A DNA stretch of 64,000 nucleotides from an uncultured Planctomycetaceae bacterium (GTDB lineage Bacteria; Planctomycetota; Planctomycetia; Pirellulales; PALSA-1355): NCBI GenBank assembly GCA_963785305.1, contig CAWAUV010000008.1, positions 768,001 through 832,000 of the forward strand, in the 5' to 3' direction. The notes beneath the pieces were generated by a model that worked only from the letters and a program-made list of their open reading frames with translations, was not told the DNA's origin and did not search any database. Made by a program: the position numbers and the translations under genes. Shown one piece after another: positions 18,298 to 29,603 of this stretch (positions within the stretch are counted from its first letter, which is position 1; each line of letters begins with the position of its first letter).

Positions 18298-18907
18298 ATG
18301 AACACTTCGCGGGCATCATTTCGCGCTCTCGCGCATCCCGTGGCCCTGGCCCTCGGGTTCGTTTATGCCATGTCGTTCGCGGCGGCGCCGGCGCGGGCTC
18401 AGAACATGGGTGGCGGCTTGAATCTCAACGGGAATCCGATCGGCATCGGGCAAGCGATTCAAAACAGCATGGGCAGCTCGCAGTATCCCGGCATGCAAGG
18501 GGGGATGAGCCCGATGCAATTGCAGCAACTCATGATGCTGCGCGGCTTGCAAGGCATGGGCCATCATCATGGCGTGCAGTACGGCGCAGGGGTACGGCGC
18601 ACCGATGTTCATCAATGGCGGCCCGCCGATGATGGGGCCCATGTACGGGGGCTACGATAATCGCGCTCCGGCCGATTCCGGCAGCGCCCGCCAACGCTCG
18701 ACCAGCGAAAAGCGCAAAGCGTTGCGCCAGGCTCGCGAGCAGCAGAAAGCACTGGCTCGCGATCGCGCCGCTCAAGCCAAGGCCAAAGCCAAGCCCCCGG
18801 TGGCAAAGCACGATGCGCTCGGGGCCAAGCACGAGCCGAAAGCCAATCTCAAGGCCGAGCCAAAGGCCGACGCCAACGCTCAGCCGCCAGCCGGCCAACC
18901 CTTCTAA
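18298..18907 (+). CDS. Hypothetical secreted Gly/Met/Gln-rich protein with basic tail, frameshift near 18590
   Basis: Signal peptide ending ARA-Q; the reading continues in ORF 18569-18907. Confidence 0.55.
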
Positions 18908-18954
18908 CAACCGCGCGCGCCGGTTAGCGCGGCATCGCGTCGCGCCCCATCGCG

Positions 18955-20037
18955 CTATTTCGGCTTCGCGCCGGGCACGGTCTTGCCTTTGAGTTGATAC
19001 ACATAGGCCAGCACCTCGGCCACCGTGGCGTAGAGCTGATCGGGAATCGGGCGATTCACGTCCACATCGCGGTAAAGCGCTTGAGCGAGCGGCTTCTTTT
19101 CCACGATCGGCACATCATGCTCCAGGGCCAAGCGGCGAATGCGCTGCGCCGATAGGCCCGCGCCCTTGGCCACCACGATCGGGGCCGCCATCGAGTCGGC
19201 GTCATATTGAATCGCCACCGCCAACTCGGTCGGATTCGTAATCACGACATCGGCCTTGGGCACCGCCGCCTGCAACCGGCTAATGGCGAGTTGTCGCTGC
19301 ACCGCCCGGCGGCGGGCGATCACTTGCGGGTCGCCATGCAAATTGCGCATTTCTTCCCGCATTTCCTGGGGTGACATGCGCAAATCTTTTTCGTGTTGCC
19401 ACCACTGAAACGCGTAGTCCAAGATCGCGAGCACCAGCAGCGCAATGGCGATCTTGATGCCGGTCCAGACACATACCTCGAAGGTAAATGCTCCGATCTC
19501 CGGCACGGCGAGTCCGGTGAGGCTCAACACGGTGTCGCGATGCTTATAAAGCGCGAAGCCCGCCACCGCCAAGACCACCACCATCTTCAGCAAGCCGAAT
19601 AGCAGTCTCGCGCCGCTGCGGAGCGAAAACAACCGAGCAAAGCCGGCCAAGGGATCGATCCGCGAAAAATCAGGCACGACCTTTTCCGGCAGGAACACGA
19701 AGCCGTTTTGCAATAGATGCAATCCAACCGCCACGACGAGCACCGTGATCATGAGCGGCAGAATCGCCGGCGCTAGGCTCGACACAAGCTGCGAGAAGTG
19801 GTCGGCGAAGGCTTGCGGGTCCATCCTGAGCCAGGGTTTTCCGCCTAGTTGATCGACCAAGAGCTGGCCGAGGAATTCGAGCAGCCCGGCGCCGGCGAAG
19901 AGAATCGCCAGGAGCCCGGTGAGCAGGAGCGTGGCCGAGTTCAGGTCGTGGCTCTGAACGAAGCGGCCTTCTTCTTGCGCCTGTTGGCGATGGTGCGGCG
20001 TCGCTTCCTGTGTTTTCTCGCCGCCCTCTTCCGCCAT
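18955..20037 (-). CDS. flhB: Flagellar export switch protein FlhB
   Basis: EKTQEAT N-terminus, TM segments, VITNPTELAVA autocleavage loop and PIVVAKG. Confidence 0.95.
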   Translation of the reverse strand: MAEEGGEKTQEATPHHRQQAQEEGRFVQSHDLNSATLLLTGLLAILFAGAGLLEFLGQLLVDQLGGKPWLRMDPQAFADHFSQLVSSLAPAILPLMITVLVVAVGLHLLQNGFVFLPEKVVPDFSRIDPLAGFARLFSLRSGARLLFGLLKMVVVLAVAGFALYKHRDTVLSLTGLAVPEIGAFTFEVCVWTGIKIAIALLVLAILDYAFQWWQHEKDLRMSPQEMREEMRNLHGDPQVIARRRAVQRQLAISRLQAAVPKADVVITNPTELAVAIQYDADSMAAPIVVAKGAGLSAQRIRRLALEHDVPIVEKKPLAQALYRDVDVNRPIPDQLYATVAEVLAYVYQLKGKTVPGAKPK

Positions 20038-20085
20038 GCCGCTACCTCGAAGCTATGCGGCGCGCCATGAATCGCGCCGCCAGGG

Positions 20086-20928
20086 TCAAGCGCCCGTCGC
20101 GGGCAGAGTCGCCGTTTTGCTGAACGCTTCCAACACGATCTCGAGCGCGGGATCGACCTGTTCCTGGAAAATCCAGGCAATCGCGCCGAGCGACACGCCG
20201 AGCATGCCGATCGTAAGCAGCGAATTGAGCGGAAAACCAACCGCCTGCAAGTTCACTTGCGGCAGGGTGCGGGTGACGAAACCGAGCACCAAGTTCGCCA
20301 GCATCAGGGCCGACATCGTGGGCGCCGCCGCGCGAATCGCCATGATGAAGCTCTGGGCAATAAGTGTCGTCACTCCGTGGGCCAGGTCGTCGGGAAAACC
20401 GGCCGCGCCGGGCGGCATCCAGTAAAAGGTGTCGAGCAGCGCCGCGAGCACCTTGCGATGCCCGCCCATGAACACGAACACGGCCAGCATCACATAAAAC
20501 AAAATCTGCCCGAAGACCGGCCCGCTCGTTTCGGACATCGGATCGTAAAGTTCCGAAGCTTGCACACCGCTCACCACGCCCACCAAATGCGCCGCGAGTT
20601 GCACTCCCTCGAACACGATCGTCACCGCCAAACCGAGCGCGACGCCCACCAGCGATTCGGCGCCGATGAAAATCAATGGCGAGAGCGCATCGTCGAACAC
20701 CGGCGCCGGGCGACCCCAGGCGAGCGGCATTGCCAAGAGCGACACCGCCACCGCCAGCAGGGCGCGAGCCTGCATCGGCGCGGCTTGCGTGCCAAAGATC
20801 GGCGCGGTCATCATCAAACCGGTCACGCGCGCGAGCACGAGCACGAACACGAGCAGTTGACCGCTCAGAAATCCGACATTCGGGAGCATGGGGGCGAGCG
20901 AGCCTTTGGGAATATCGAGGGAAAGCAT
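20086..20928 (-). CDS. fliR: Flagellar biosynthesis protein FliR
   Basis: LARVTGLMMTAPIFG and RTLPQVN; polytopic membrane protein between fliQ and flhB. Confidence 0.93.
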   Translation of the reverse strand: MLSLDIPKGSLAPMLPNVGFLSGQLLVFVLVLARVTGLMMTAPIFGTQAAPMQARALLAVAVSLLAMPLAWGRPAPVFDDALSPLIFIGAESLVGVALGLAVTIVFEGVQLAAHLVGVVSGVQASELYDPMSETSGPVFGQILFYVMLAVFVFMGGHRKVLAALLDTFYWMPPGAAGFPDDLAHGVTTLIAQSFIMAIRAAAPTMSALMLANLVLGFVTRTLPQVNLQAVGFPLNSLLTIGMLGVSLGAIAWIFQEQVDPALEIVLEAFSKTATLPATGA

Positions 20929-20974
20929 CAACCACGGAAGCGCGGAATAATTCGAGGAGCGGGGAAACGGGTGC

Positions 20975-21241
20975 TTATAGGGTTTGGGGAATGTTCACAA
21001 TGAGATCGTGGGAATATTGCACCAATTGGGCGATCAGCCAGGGCAGCGCGAGCGTGAGCACGAGCACCATCGCCACGAGCTTGGGCACGAACGACACGGT
21101 CTGCTCTTGAATCTGCGTGACGGCCTGCATCAGACCGATCAAGAGTCCGACCACCATGCCGGCCACGAGCATCGGCGAGCTCACGATCAGCGCGAAGAGC
21201 AGCGCCTGCCGGCCCAAGTCGATCGCGTCTTGCGGATCCAT
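20975..21241 (-). CDS. fliQ: Flagellar biosynthesis protein FliQ
   Basis: QAVTQIQEQTVSFVPKL; start re-assigned to MDPQDAID. Confidence 0.95.
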   Translation of the reverse strand: MDPQDAIDLGRQALLFALIVSSPMLVAGMVVGLLIGLMQAVTQIQEQTVSFVPKLVAMVLVLTLALPWLIAQLVQYSHDLIVNIPQTL

Positions 21242-21268
21242 GCGGTTCGGTCTCGAATGCCGGCACAA

Positions 21269-22099
21269 TCAGGAAAACGGTTGAAAGCTATCGAGCAGCA
21301 TGCCCACGACCAAATGCCAGCCATCGACCAACACGAACAGCAGCAGCTTGAAGGGCAGCGAGATCATCGAGGGCGGCAACATCAAGAGCCCCATCGACAC
21401 CGTGACCACCGCGATCACGATATCGAGCACCACGAACGGAATGTAAATCTGAAAGCCGATCAGAAACGCGGTCTTCAATTCGCTGAGCATAAAGGCGGGT
21501 AACAGCGCCGCCAGCGGCACGTCGTCGTAGCTCGAGGGCGTCGGCGTGTCCTTGGGCAGATACTTGTAGAACAGCCACACATCGGCGCCATTGCCGGTGC
21601 GATCGATCTGCATGCTCATGAACTTTCGCACCGGCCGCACGCCCGCGGTCCAAGCCTCGTCGAGGCTGATCTGCTTCGAGGTATAGGGGGCGATGCCATC
21701 GTCGTATACCTGCTTCCACACCGGCGACATGATCAGCAGCGTGAGAAACAGCGTGATCGAGGTGAGCACCTGGCTCGGCGGCAACTGCTGCGTGCCGATC
21801 GCTTGCTTGAGCAGCCCGAACACGATGATCATGCGCACAAAACAGGTCGTCATCAGCAGCACCGCCGGCGCGAGGCTCAGCACGGTCAGCATCAAGAGCA
21901 CTTGCAAGGCCGATGTCAGACCTTGGGGACTTGTCCAGGCGTCGGGACCTCCGGCAAGTCCGCCGCCGATCGGCAGCGTGGCCGGCAAATTGCCGACCTG
22001 CGCCTGGGCCACGCCACAGGCGCCACACGTTGCCACAAAGGCTAATGCGATCGCACGAAATGCGCGAATGCTTCTTCGTGGCTCGTGGTTCGCGTTCAT
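21269..22099 (-). CDS. fliP: Flagellar biosynthesis protein FliP
   Basis: [38 protein letters not shown] and [14 protein letters not shown]. Confidence 0.95.
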   Translation of the reverse strand: MNANHEPRRSIRAFRAIALAFVATCGACGVAQAQVGNLPATLPIGGGLAGGPDAWTSPQGLTSALQVLLMLTVLSLAPAVLLMTTCFVRMIIVFGLLKQAIGTQQLPPSQVLTSITLFLTLLIMSPVWKQVYDDGIAPYTSKQISLDEAWTAGVRPVRKFMSMQIDRTGNGADVWLFYKYLPKDTPTPSSYDDVPLAALLPAFMLSELKTAFLIGFQIYIPFVVLDIVIAVVTVSMGLLMLPPSMISLPFKLLLFVLVDGWHLVVGMLLDSFQPFS

Positions 22100-22161
22100 C
22101 ACATGGTCCTGCACGTCGATCGGGGGGGCGGGAGTGTTTCGCTCGCGGCGTGGGGAGAGCG

Positions 22162-23373
22162 TTAGTCGTATTGCGAGGCGCCGGCGGCCAAACGCGAGAG
22201 GTCGAGTTCGTCGCGCCGTCCGCGCCGCCGCGGGGCCGATTTGGCGTCGTAGCTGAAATTGCCCAGCAGCGAGCGAAAACTGGCCGACGCGCTTTGTGGT
22301 CGGCCTTGATAACAGAATGCCGGCGAGCCGATCGACTTCGACCGGGTCGGTGATTTCGGTGAGCGTTTCCGCGCTGTTCGGTCCAATCGCCACCAGCAGA
22401 ATCTTGTTGCCCACTCGCACCAAGTGCGCCTGCTGGCGGCCAGCGAGCGGAGCGCGGCCGAGCATTTCCACCGCTTCGCGCGGAAGCGGCTGCGCACTCT
22501 TGGGCATCATCTTCCGCAGCATCCAGGCCGCGAGCAGAAACAGTCCCACGACCACCGCCAGGCTTCCCAGGAGCGTGGCGAACGAGGGAATCCCGAAGCG
22601 CGTCGCGGGACGCTCTCCGCCGGCGGGCGCCACGGCGGGCGGCAGGCTCAAGGGCCGCGCCCGAATTCGCTTTTTCCACGCTCCTGCTTCAAACGCGATT
22701 CGGTGTTCTCCGGCTGCTGGAGTCTCGCGGGCCGATTGAAGTCGCTGGGCAAGCCGGCGCCCACCGCGGCGGCTTGGTTCGCCGACGAATCATCGGCCTC
22801 TTGCGGAGGAGTGGGCGGAGCGCCCACACTCGTCTGACGCGGCTTGGGATACGCCGCCGTGGCCGGGCGACGCGATTCCTCGGGCCACGGTTCGACCGAG
22901 GCTTCGGGCGGCTCGGCGCTCGATGCGGTCGAACGAGGCGAGTTGGCCGGCGCATAGCCAGGGGCGGGCGCATCGCTGTTTGCAATCGGTGTGTTCGAGG
23001 GCGCGGCTGAGGGCGCGGTTGAATACTCCGCGGGGCGATTCGCACCATCGGCGGGAGCGAAATACGCGTCGGATGCGGGAGGGCCGCCGGCGGGCATGGC
23101 TTCGCCATTTGGGCCGCCGGAGTTTGGGCCGCCGGAGTTGGAACCGCCGGGAACGGCCGGCGCGGCATCGTCGAAATTGGCCTGATAGCGGCGGCCGAGA
23201 TCGCTCGGCACGGCGCGCGGACGCGTTCGCACCACCGGATTCGGCGATGCTGGCGAACCCGGATCGGCGGCCGCGAGTAGCGAAGGCACGGCCAAACAGG
23301 TCGCCGCGACAAACGCACTCCACGGCCCACGAGCACCAAATGCACTGCGATGAAAATGATTCACAAGCGGCAT
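22162..23373 (-). CDS. fliO: FliO-like protein with long Pro/Ala-rich N-terminal region, two frameshifts
   Basis: [20 protein letters not shown]...[11 protein letters not shown]...[13 protein letters not shown]; joins ORFs 22648-23373, 21269-22651 and 22162-22497. Confidence 0.75.
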
Positions 23374-23460
23374 CCTTGCCTAATGAATTTCGAGTCACCC
23401 CGAGCCCACCCGCTCCGACGGGATGAGCGGACCGAGGAGACGTTATTTTGAATCCATGCT

Positions 23461-24099
23461 CTAAGCCGGGGTTTCCGTGGCGATTAGTTCAGCGACGCGC
23501 ACGGCGAAATTGTCGTTGAGCACCAGTACTTCGCCGCGGGCAATCAGGCGTCCATTGACATAAATATCCACCGGATCGCCGGCCAGTTTATCGAGAGGCA
23601 CCACCGAGCCCTTGCGCAGCTTGAGCACATCTTCGAGGTACATATGCGTGCGGCCGAGCTCGATTTTCAGATTCAGCTCGACATCGCGAATCAGATCGAG
23701 CGTGGCCGCGGTGGTCGAGGCCGGAGCGCCGCTGAACTCGCTGAGCTTGAAGGGCGCGAACGGCGTGGGCTGGATCGGCTGCGTGGGAGCGTGGACGCTG
23801 GCGAGCGCTTCTTCCGCCTGCCGGAGCAAGTACTCCACATCGCCCGGCGCCGCGCCACTATCGACGATGGCCCTCCGAGCAGGATCGACATCGCCGCGCG
23901 CCGGGGCGGCTGACGAGCCCGGCCCGCGCCCCGCCGAGTTGACGAGCGAATCGACTTCGTGCTGCGCGAGAATACCGGGCTCCGAGGGCGCCGCCGTCGC
24001 CGAACGGGCCGCTTGCGCCTGGCGCAGGATCTGTTCGATTTCGTCTTGACCGATCGGCCCTTCGTGGGGAGCGCCGCCCGGACTATTCGTGTCAGTCAT
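23461..24099 (-). CDS. fliN: Flagellar motor switch protein FliN
   Basis: C-terminal SpoA domain DVELNLKIELGRT...LDKLAGDPVDIYVNGRLIARGEV. Confidence 0.93.
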   Translation of the reverse strand: MTDTNSPGGAPHEGPIGQDEIEQILRQAQAARSATAAPSEPGILAQHEVDSLVNSAGRGPGSSAAPARGDVDPARRAIVDSGAAPGDVEYLLRQAEEALASVHAPTQPIQPTPFAPFKLSEFSGAPASTTAATLDLIRDVELNLKIELGRTHMYLEDVLKLRKGSVVPLDKLAGDPVDIYVNGRLIARGEVLVLNDNFAVRVAELIATETPA

Positions 24100-24171
24100 C
24101 GGGAATCCTTTCCCGGAGTGTCAAGCACGGCGACGGGCGATCGGTCGACATTCCCTCGACCCGCGCGAAGA

Positions 24172-24837
24172 TCACTGCTCGACGAATGAAAAATCGCTAA
24201 ACATCACCGACTGCAAGAGGGCCTTGCCGAGGGTTTTGTTAGTTGTCTCTAAAATGCGCCTTTTAATCAATCCCAACCCGGCGTCGGTCAGGTCCGAGAT
24301 TTCCGCGCTGCGGATAATAACAATCACATTGTCGCGCACCCGAAACTTGGTGTCGCTCAGCCGCTGCTCGAAATCTTCGCCGTGTTTGTGCAAAATCGTT
24401 CCATAAAGGTGAAACGAAATGAACAAGGTGCTGTTCGACACCGGCTGGTAGGCGGTGACGGTGAACTCGCCCAGGTCAACCTCTTCTTGATCGCCATGGT
24501 GAGCGACCGCTTCCTTGGCTTCTTTACCCTCCTTGCCATGGGCGCCGTGGCCGCCGCCGTGGCCGCTATCATGGCTGCCGCCATGGCTCGCGGAGCGCGA
24601 GGAGGCGTGTTCGCTTTCATGTGCGTCGCCGTCCGACGCCGCTTCGGCGCCGGCTTCGGCATTCTCGCCCGCGGCGGCCGGAGCCGGCGCTTTATTGTTG
24701 AGAAACATGTAGGCCACGATCCATTCGGCCAGCACCACGGCGAGAATCGCGCCGCCGATCTTGAGCTTGGCCGATTTGCCACTCGGTTTGGCGGCGTCGG
24801 TGGCGGCGGGGGTCGCGGTCGCTGAAGGCTTACTCAT
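24172..24837 (-). CDS. fliL: Flagellar basal body-associated FliL family protein
   Basis: Single N-terminal TM, His/Gly-rich linker, DLGEFTV, VRDNVI and FSDFSFVEQ; located between motB and fliN. Confidence 0.8.
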   Translation of the reverse strand: MSKPSATATPAATDAAKPSGKSAKLKIGGAILAVVLAEWIVAYMFLNNKAPAPAAAGENAEAGAEAASDGDAHESEHASSRSASHGGSHDSGHGGGHGAHGKEGKEAKEAVAHHGDQEEVDLGEFTVTAYQPVSNSTLFISFHLYGTILHKHGEDFEQRLSDTKFRVRDNVIVIIRSAEISDLTDAGLGLIKRRILETTNKTLGKALLQSVMFSDFSFVEQ

Positions 24838-24995
24838 GGGTGCATTCTCTCGGTGGCAAGGTTCAGGTGTGTGTCCACGCGTGCGAAATCAAAGAGCCGT
24901 GCGTCAAAAGTCGGTTGTCGTTGTCGCCGTCAATTCCGTCGTCGTCAATTCCGTCGTCGTCAGTCTCGTCGCTGTCGCTCGTCTTCGAGCGTTCG

Positions 24996-25811
24996 TCAGG
25001 GTTCGGTCGGAGTTTCTGGTTCGCTTTCCCTTGGTTCACGCCCCTTCCCCGGCTTGAACAGGCCCGGAAAGGCTTCCAACGCGCGGGCATGGGTCGGTTC
25101 AGGCACTTCGTCGAGCATGTACACTTCCACCCGCGAATTCTGGCTGCGAGCCAGGGGATCGGCGCGCGTCCCGATCGGTTCATATTCGCCGGCCAAGGTC
25201 AGCCGCAGCCGGCGCGGCTCGATGCCCGCGGCCACGAGCTGCTCCATTACATGGCGGCAGCGGGCATAGGCCAGGTCCCAGTTGTCGCGATAAGGCGAGC
25301 CCTTGGGAATCGGCCGCCGCGAGGTATGGCCGCGAATCTCGATTTTTTGAGGTTTGCCGGCGATTTCCTCCTCGGCCTGTTTCAGTTGCTTAATGTGCTC
25401 GCTCGTTAGTTCGCTCGAGCCGTCAGGAAAGAATAGCACGGCCCCGACGACCGAATGCTGGCCGGGATGCACCGAATGCACGCGGGGAAAGTCGCCCAGC
25501 GTGGCGCGTTGGTCGGCGCCGCCCGATTTCTTGTTGCTCACCTTGGCCCCGCCGGCGCTCGCGAGCTTGCCCATCGCCGAATCCTTGGGCACAAAGGGCC
25601 CGGGCCCGAGCGAGGCAAGGGTTTCGCTCCACAGGGGACCGAAGCGTTCGCGCAAGGAGCGCATCACGGCGTCTTCCTTGGTTTTGTCCTTGGGCTCCCC
25701 GGCCATCGAATACATCACCACGAAAAACGCCATCAGAATCGTGATCATGTCGGCATACGACATGACCCATTCGGCGATGCCTTCCTCGCATTCGGGACAA
25801 GAGCCGGACAT
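24996..25811 (-). CDS. motB: Flagellar stator protein MotB
   Basis: WVMSYADMITILMAFF plus OmpA-like domain (IRGHT, NWDLAYAR, NSRVEV). Confidence 0.93.
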   Translation of the reverse strand: MSGSCPECEEGIAEWVMSYADMITILMAFFVVMYSMAGEPKDKTKEDAVMRSLRERFGPLWSETLASLGPGPFVPKDSAMGKLASAGGAKVSNKKSGGADQRATLGDFPRVHSVHPGQHSVVGAVLFFPDGSSELTSEHIKQLKQAEEEIAGKPQKIEIRGHTSRRPIPKGSPYRDNWDLAYARCRHVMEQLVAAGIEPRRLRLTLAGEYEPIGTRADPLARSQNSRVEVYMLDEVPEPTHARALEAFPGLFKPGKGREPRESEPETPTEP

Positions 25812-25819
25812 CGTGGGTA

Positions 25820-26614
25820 TTAGGCCGCCCTTTCCCGCGGTTCGCCGCGAAGCTTGGGCGGCAAAAAGGTATTGAGTTTTTGTTCGATCACCCGGGGGTT
25901 CTCACCGGCTTGAATCCCAAGAATGCCTTTCAAAATGATCTGTTTGCCGAGCAGCTCGCGCCGGCTGTAGTAGCCGAGCTTTTCCGCGCAAGGCGTGCAT
26001 ACGATGTTGGCGATCGCGGCGCCGTAGAGCGTGCCCACGAGGGCCATCGCCATGGTCGGCCCGATCGATTCCGGATCATCCAGGCTGCCGAGCATCAGAA
26101 TCAGGCCAAGCAGGGTGGCGATCATGCCAAACGCCGGTCCGCAACGCCCCATGAGCTCGAACATTTTCTTGCCGGTGTGATGCCGCGCCTCCTCGGCTTG
26201 CATCTCAGTGCGAAAAATTTCCTCGATCACCTCGGGCCGCGTGCCATCGACCGCCATTTGCACTCCGAGCACGATACTGTGATTGTCGATCTCGCGCACT
26301 CGGCTTTCGAGCGCCAAGAGGCCGTCTTTGCGGGCCACCTCGGCCAGTCCCACGATCTGATTGATGAGGGCCGAGAGATCCTCGCTCGGGCTGAGCAGTA
26401 GTTTGAGCATGATCTTCGGCAAGCTGAGAAATTGCTTGAGCGGCACCGAGGTCAGCACCACGCAGAGCCCGCCGCCAAAGACCATGATCGCCGCGGGCGG
26501 ATCGATGAACTGCGCGAGCGACACGCCCGCGCCGCCGTGGCTGCCCGCCAAGAGCAAGGCCACGATCATGAGAACGAACCCGCCCAAGATTCCCGCCACC
26601 GTCGCGATGTCCAT
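25820..26614 (-). CDS. motA: Flagellar stator protein MotA
   Basis: ARKDGLLALE, PAFGMIATLLGLI, GTLYG and GIQAGENP. Confidence 0.95.
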   Translation of the reverse strand: MDIATVAGILGGFVLMIVALLLAGSHGGAGVSLAQFIDPPAAIMVFGGGLCVVLTSVPLKQFLSLPKIMLKLLLSPSEDLSALINQIVGLAEVARKDGLLALESRVREIDNHSIVLGVQMAVDGTRPEVIEEIFRTEMQAEEARHHTGKKMFELMGRCGPAFGMIATLLGLILMLGSLDDPESIGPTMAMALVGTLYGAAIANIVCTPCAEKLGYYSRRELLGKQIILKGILGIQAGENPRVIEQKLNTFLPPKLRGEPRERAA

Positions 26615-26663
26615 CGCTTACTTCCTCGCCGAAGCGCCGTTGCGCGGCGCGCTCTGATTCGAA

Positions 26664-26888
26664 CTATTCCCCATTCCGCCGGTCGGTCGGGGAGACCATC
26701 GGCGGAAACAACATTTTCGACCGCTGATACTCGATCGCCCGCCCAACGACTTCATCCATCGACTCGAGCACCACGAGGCGTTCGCCGCCGAGGAGCGTGA
26801 TGAATGTGTCGGGCCGCGATTCGATATAGCGGATCAGCTCGGCGTTGAGCACGAATGCTTCGCCACCGAGCCGTGTCAGCTTAATCAT
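26664..26888 (-). CDS. flbD: Flagellar FlbD family protein
   Basis: MIKLTRLGGEAFVLNAELIRYIESRPDTFITL; directly upstream of motA. Confidence 0.9.
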   Translation of the reverse strand: MIKLTRLGGEAFVLNAELIRYIESRPDTFITLLGGERLVVLESMDEVVGRAIEYQRSKMLFPPMVSPTDRRNGE

Positions 26889-27684
26889 AAGGCTGTTTCC
26901 AACTCGCGCGCGGAGAGCCTGAGTTGCCTCTCGGGCCGGGCGCTCGCGGCGCTCTTCGAAACAATAGGACGTAACTTGGGCGCGCGGTCGGCGCCGCATG
27001 ATCCAGCCAAGCCGATTTTCGCGATGGAACCGATTCGCGCGGCTAGCTCGCGCCGCCGGCCCCGGCGAGTGGGCAGCTCTGGAGGCGGCGGGCGCCGATT
27101 GTAGGGGCTCGGCCTCGCGGTGTCATGGGCAGTTCCGCTAGCATTTGCGGAAGAGCCAGAGGGCCAGAGGGTCGCTTGCCGCCGGGGGGGTCGCGCCAGC
27201 TTTCGCGGGCTGCGGTAAGAGCGGTAAGATGCGTCGAACGTCGACAGGAGAATTGACCGTTTGTTGGGTAAGCCGCCGCTTCTGGGGCGGGCTGAAGCGA
27301 GAATTAGTTTCAAAGGAACCCCAGGCATGGACGCCGCGCCGCGAAAACCGGAAGAGAAAAAATTGAAACTTTTGGAACGACTGGCGGAGATCGAGTCGAG
27401 GAGCAGCGGGCTACGACGGGACGCCGAGCTCCGCGAATCGCGGGCGTTGGATCAATCGTTTAGCCCACTCGAACTGTCGCTCGTTTGCCGCCCAACCGCC
27501 CCAGCGGTTGGCAAAATTTCCCGTCGGTGGCCTTTCGCCGCTCGATTCGCTCCCCTATAATGGTCGATTCAGTTTTGGTCGCACCCCCAATTTTGTTCGC
27601 CTGGGCTTGTCGTCGTTGGATCGCGCGCCGCTTGCAGTGCAAGCGATGCGTGCCTGGCGTGGCCCGGCGGTGAGATGTACCCAT

Positions 27685-27888
27685 ATGCCCAAGCAGAAGA
27701 CCCACAAGGGGATCAAGAAGCGGTTCCGCGCGACCGCTTCCGGCAAAGTGAAGCATCGTCGATCGGGCACGAGCCACTTGGCCAGCCACAAGACGCACAA
27801 AATGAAGCGCAACCGCCGTGGCACCAAGGTGTTGCACGAAGAGTTCACGACTCAAATCATCACGATGCTCGCCGGCCACAGCTATTGA
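27685..27888 (+). CDS. rpmI: 50S ribosomal protein L35
   Basis: MPKQKTHKGIKKRFRATASGKVK; TATAAT at 27556-27561 upstream. Confidence 0.97.
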   Translation: MPKQKTHKGIKKRFRATASGKVKHRRSGTSHLASHKTHKMKRNRRGTKVLHEEFTTQIITMLAGHSY

Positions 27889-28102
27889 AAAGCCGGCTGC
27901 CCCCCGGCCCTAGGGGGAGCACACGAAAAATAGTTTCCAGCTTCGTTCGGCCCTCGCCAAGCCCTCTCCCGTGTGGGGGAGAGCGACAACGGATGGACCG
28001 ATGGGCTGTTCATAACAACCGACGCATGCGGGCTGGAGAACGCCCGGTTCAATCGCGAACCGGGGGCCTTGACTTGCGAAACACTGCGAAAGGTGAGCTT
28101 CC

Positions 28103-28460
28103 ATGCGCACTGTAAAAGGCGCCGCGCGAAACAAGGCCAAGCGGCGACTGTTCAAAAAGGTCAAAGGCTACGTCGGCGGACGTAACCATCTCGTTCCGCA
28201 CCGCCAAGGAAACACTGATTCGCGCCGGTGTTTACGCCTTCCGCGACCGGCGGGTGCGCAAGCGCGAATTCCGCGAATTGTGGATCATTCGCATCAACGC
28301 CGCGGCCCGCGAGCAGGGGCTGCGCTACAGCGAATTCATCCACGGCCTGCACAAAGCCGGCATCGAGCTCGACCGCAAGAGCTTGTCGGAAATGGCCGTG
28401 CATGATCCCGAGGGATTTGCCGCGGTGGTCGCGCGGGTCAAAGAAGCGTTGGCCGCCTGA
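28103..28460 (+). CDS. rplT: 50S ribosomal protein L20, frameshift near 28190 (probable assembly indel)
   Basis: [25 protein letters not shown] in one frame; [18 protein letters not shown]...[10 protein letters not shown] in another. Confidence 0.95.
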
Positions 28461-28471
28461 GGCTCCCTGCC

Positions 28472-29563
28472 ATGGCGCTTGCCGATTTTCTCGTCGAGCT
28501 CGACCGCTTGGTTGCGGCGGCCCAGACCGATTTTGACACGGCGGTCGACGCCGAAGGCCTCGAAACCGCGCGCGTCAAGTTCCTCGGCGCCAAGGCCGGC
28601 GTGCTCAAGTCCGTGCAAAAGGGCCTCGGCGCCTTGGCCAGCCACGAAAAGCCGGCCGGCGGCAAGCGGTTCAACGAGATCAAAACCCATATCGAAGCCG
28701 CCTTCGAATCGGCCAAGTCGCGATTGCATGGCGCCGGCAGCGCCGCCGGAGCCAAGCCAGCGACCGCCTTCGACCGCACTTTGCCCGGCCGCCCCTTGCG
28801 CATCGGTCGGTTGCATCCGCTCACGCAAACGATCGAAGAGCTGAAAGACATCATGGCCCGGCTCGGGTTCTCCGTGGCCACGGGCCCCGAGATCGAGGAC
28901 GAATGGCATAATTTCGAGGCGCTGAACATTCCGGCGGCGCATCCGGCCCGCGACCCGCTCGAAAATTTTTATCTAGCGACAGCTCGCGCGTCCGCCGACC
29001 CGATCGCCAGTGCGGCAGGCGTCGCGAGCAATCACCCCGCCGCGCCGCTGCTGCTCCGCAGTCAGACCAGCACCGTGCAGATTCGCGTGATGGAAGCGCG
29101 GCGTCCGCCGGTGCGGATCGTGTCGCTCGGGCGCGTGTATCGGCCCGACACGGCCGACGCCACGCATTATCCGATGTTCCATCAGATCGAGGGCCTGCTG
29201 GTCGACGAGCAGGTGACGATGGCCGATCTCAAGAGCGTGCTGCGGCTGTTTGCGAGCAGCTTTTTGGGCAGCGATGTGCATATTCGCTTTCGGCCATCGT
29301 TCTTCCCGTTTACCGAGCCGAGTGTCGAGGTGGACATGAGCTGGCCCGACCCCGCGGCGCCCGACGGCATCCGCTGGGTGGAAATGGGCGGCGCCGGCAT
29401 GGTCGATCCCAACGTGCTTCGCGCCGTGGGCTACGATCCCGAGCGCGTGACCGGCTTCGCCTTTGGCCTGGGAGTCGAGCGCGTGTGTGCCCGGCGGCAT
29501 GCCGTGCATGATATTCGCGACTTCTATAAAAACGACGTTCGCTTTCTCGCGCAGTTCGTCTGA
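28472..29563 (+). CDS. pheS: Phenylalanine-tRNA ligase alpha subunit
   Basis: [34 protein letters not shown] and FAFGLGVER. Confidence 0.97.
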   Translation: MALADFLVELDRLVAAAQTDFDTAVDAEGLETARVKFLGAKAGVLKSVQKGLGALASHEKPAGGKRFNEIKTHIEAAFESAKSRLHGAGSAAGAKPATAFDRTLPGRPLRIGRLHPLTQTIEELKDIMARLGFSVATGPEIEDEWHNFEALNIPAAHPARDPLENFYLATARASADPIASAAGVASNHPAAPLLLRSQTSTVQIRVMEARRPPVRIVSLGRVYRPDTADATHYPMFHQIEGLLVDEQVTMADLKSVLRLFASSFLGSDVHIRFRPSFFPFTEPSVEVDMSWPDPAAPDGIRWVEMGGAGMVDPNVLRAVGYDPERVTGFAFGLGVERVCARRHAVHDIRDFYKNDVRFLAQFV

Positions 29564-29603
29564 CGCGCCGATCCCCATTCCCGCGGCTCGAAGAAATCGT
29601 CTC

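Noticed and set aside
21269..22651. FliO-FliP fusion
   Set aside because: The FliO C-terminus continues in another frame to a stop at 22162, and FliP has its own start; likely an indel artefact
24929..24958. 15-bp tandem duplication GTCAATTCCGTCGTC between motB and fliL
   Set aside because: Only two copies in low-complexity sequence; no functional inference possible
28103..28460. Programmed frameshift or pseudogene in rplT
   Set aside because: No slippery heptamer is evident, the gene is essential, and similar indels occur throughout the window
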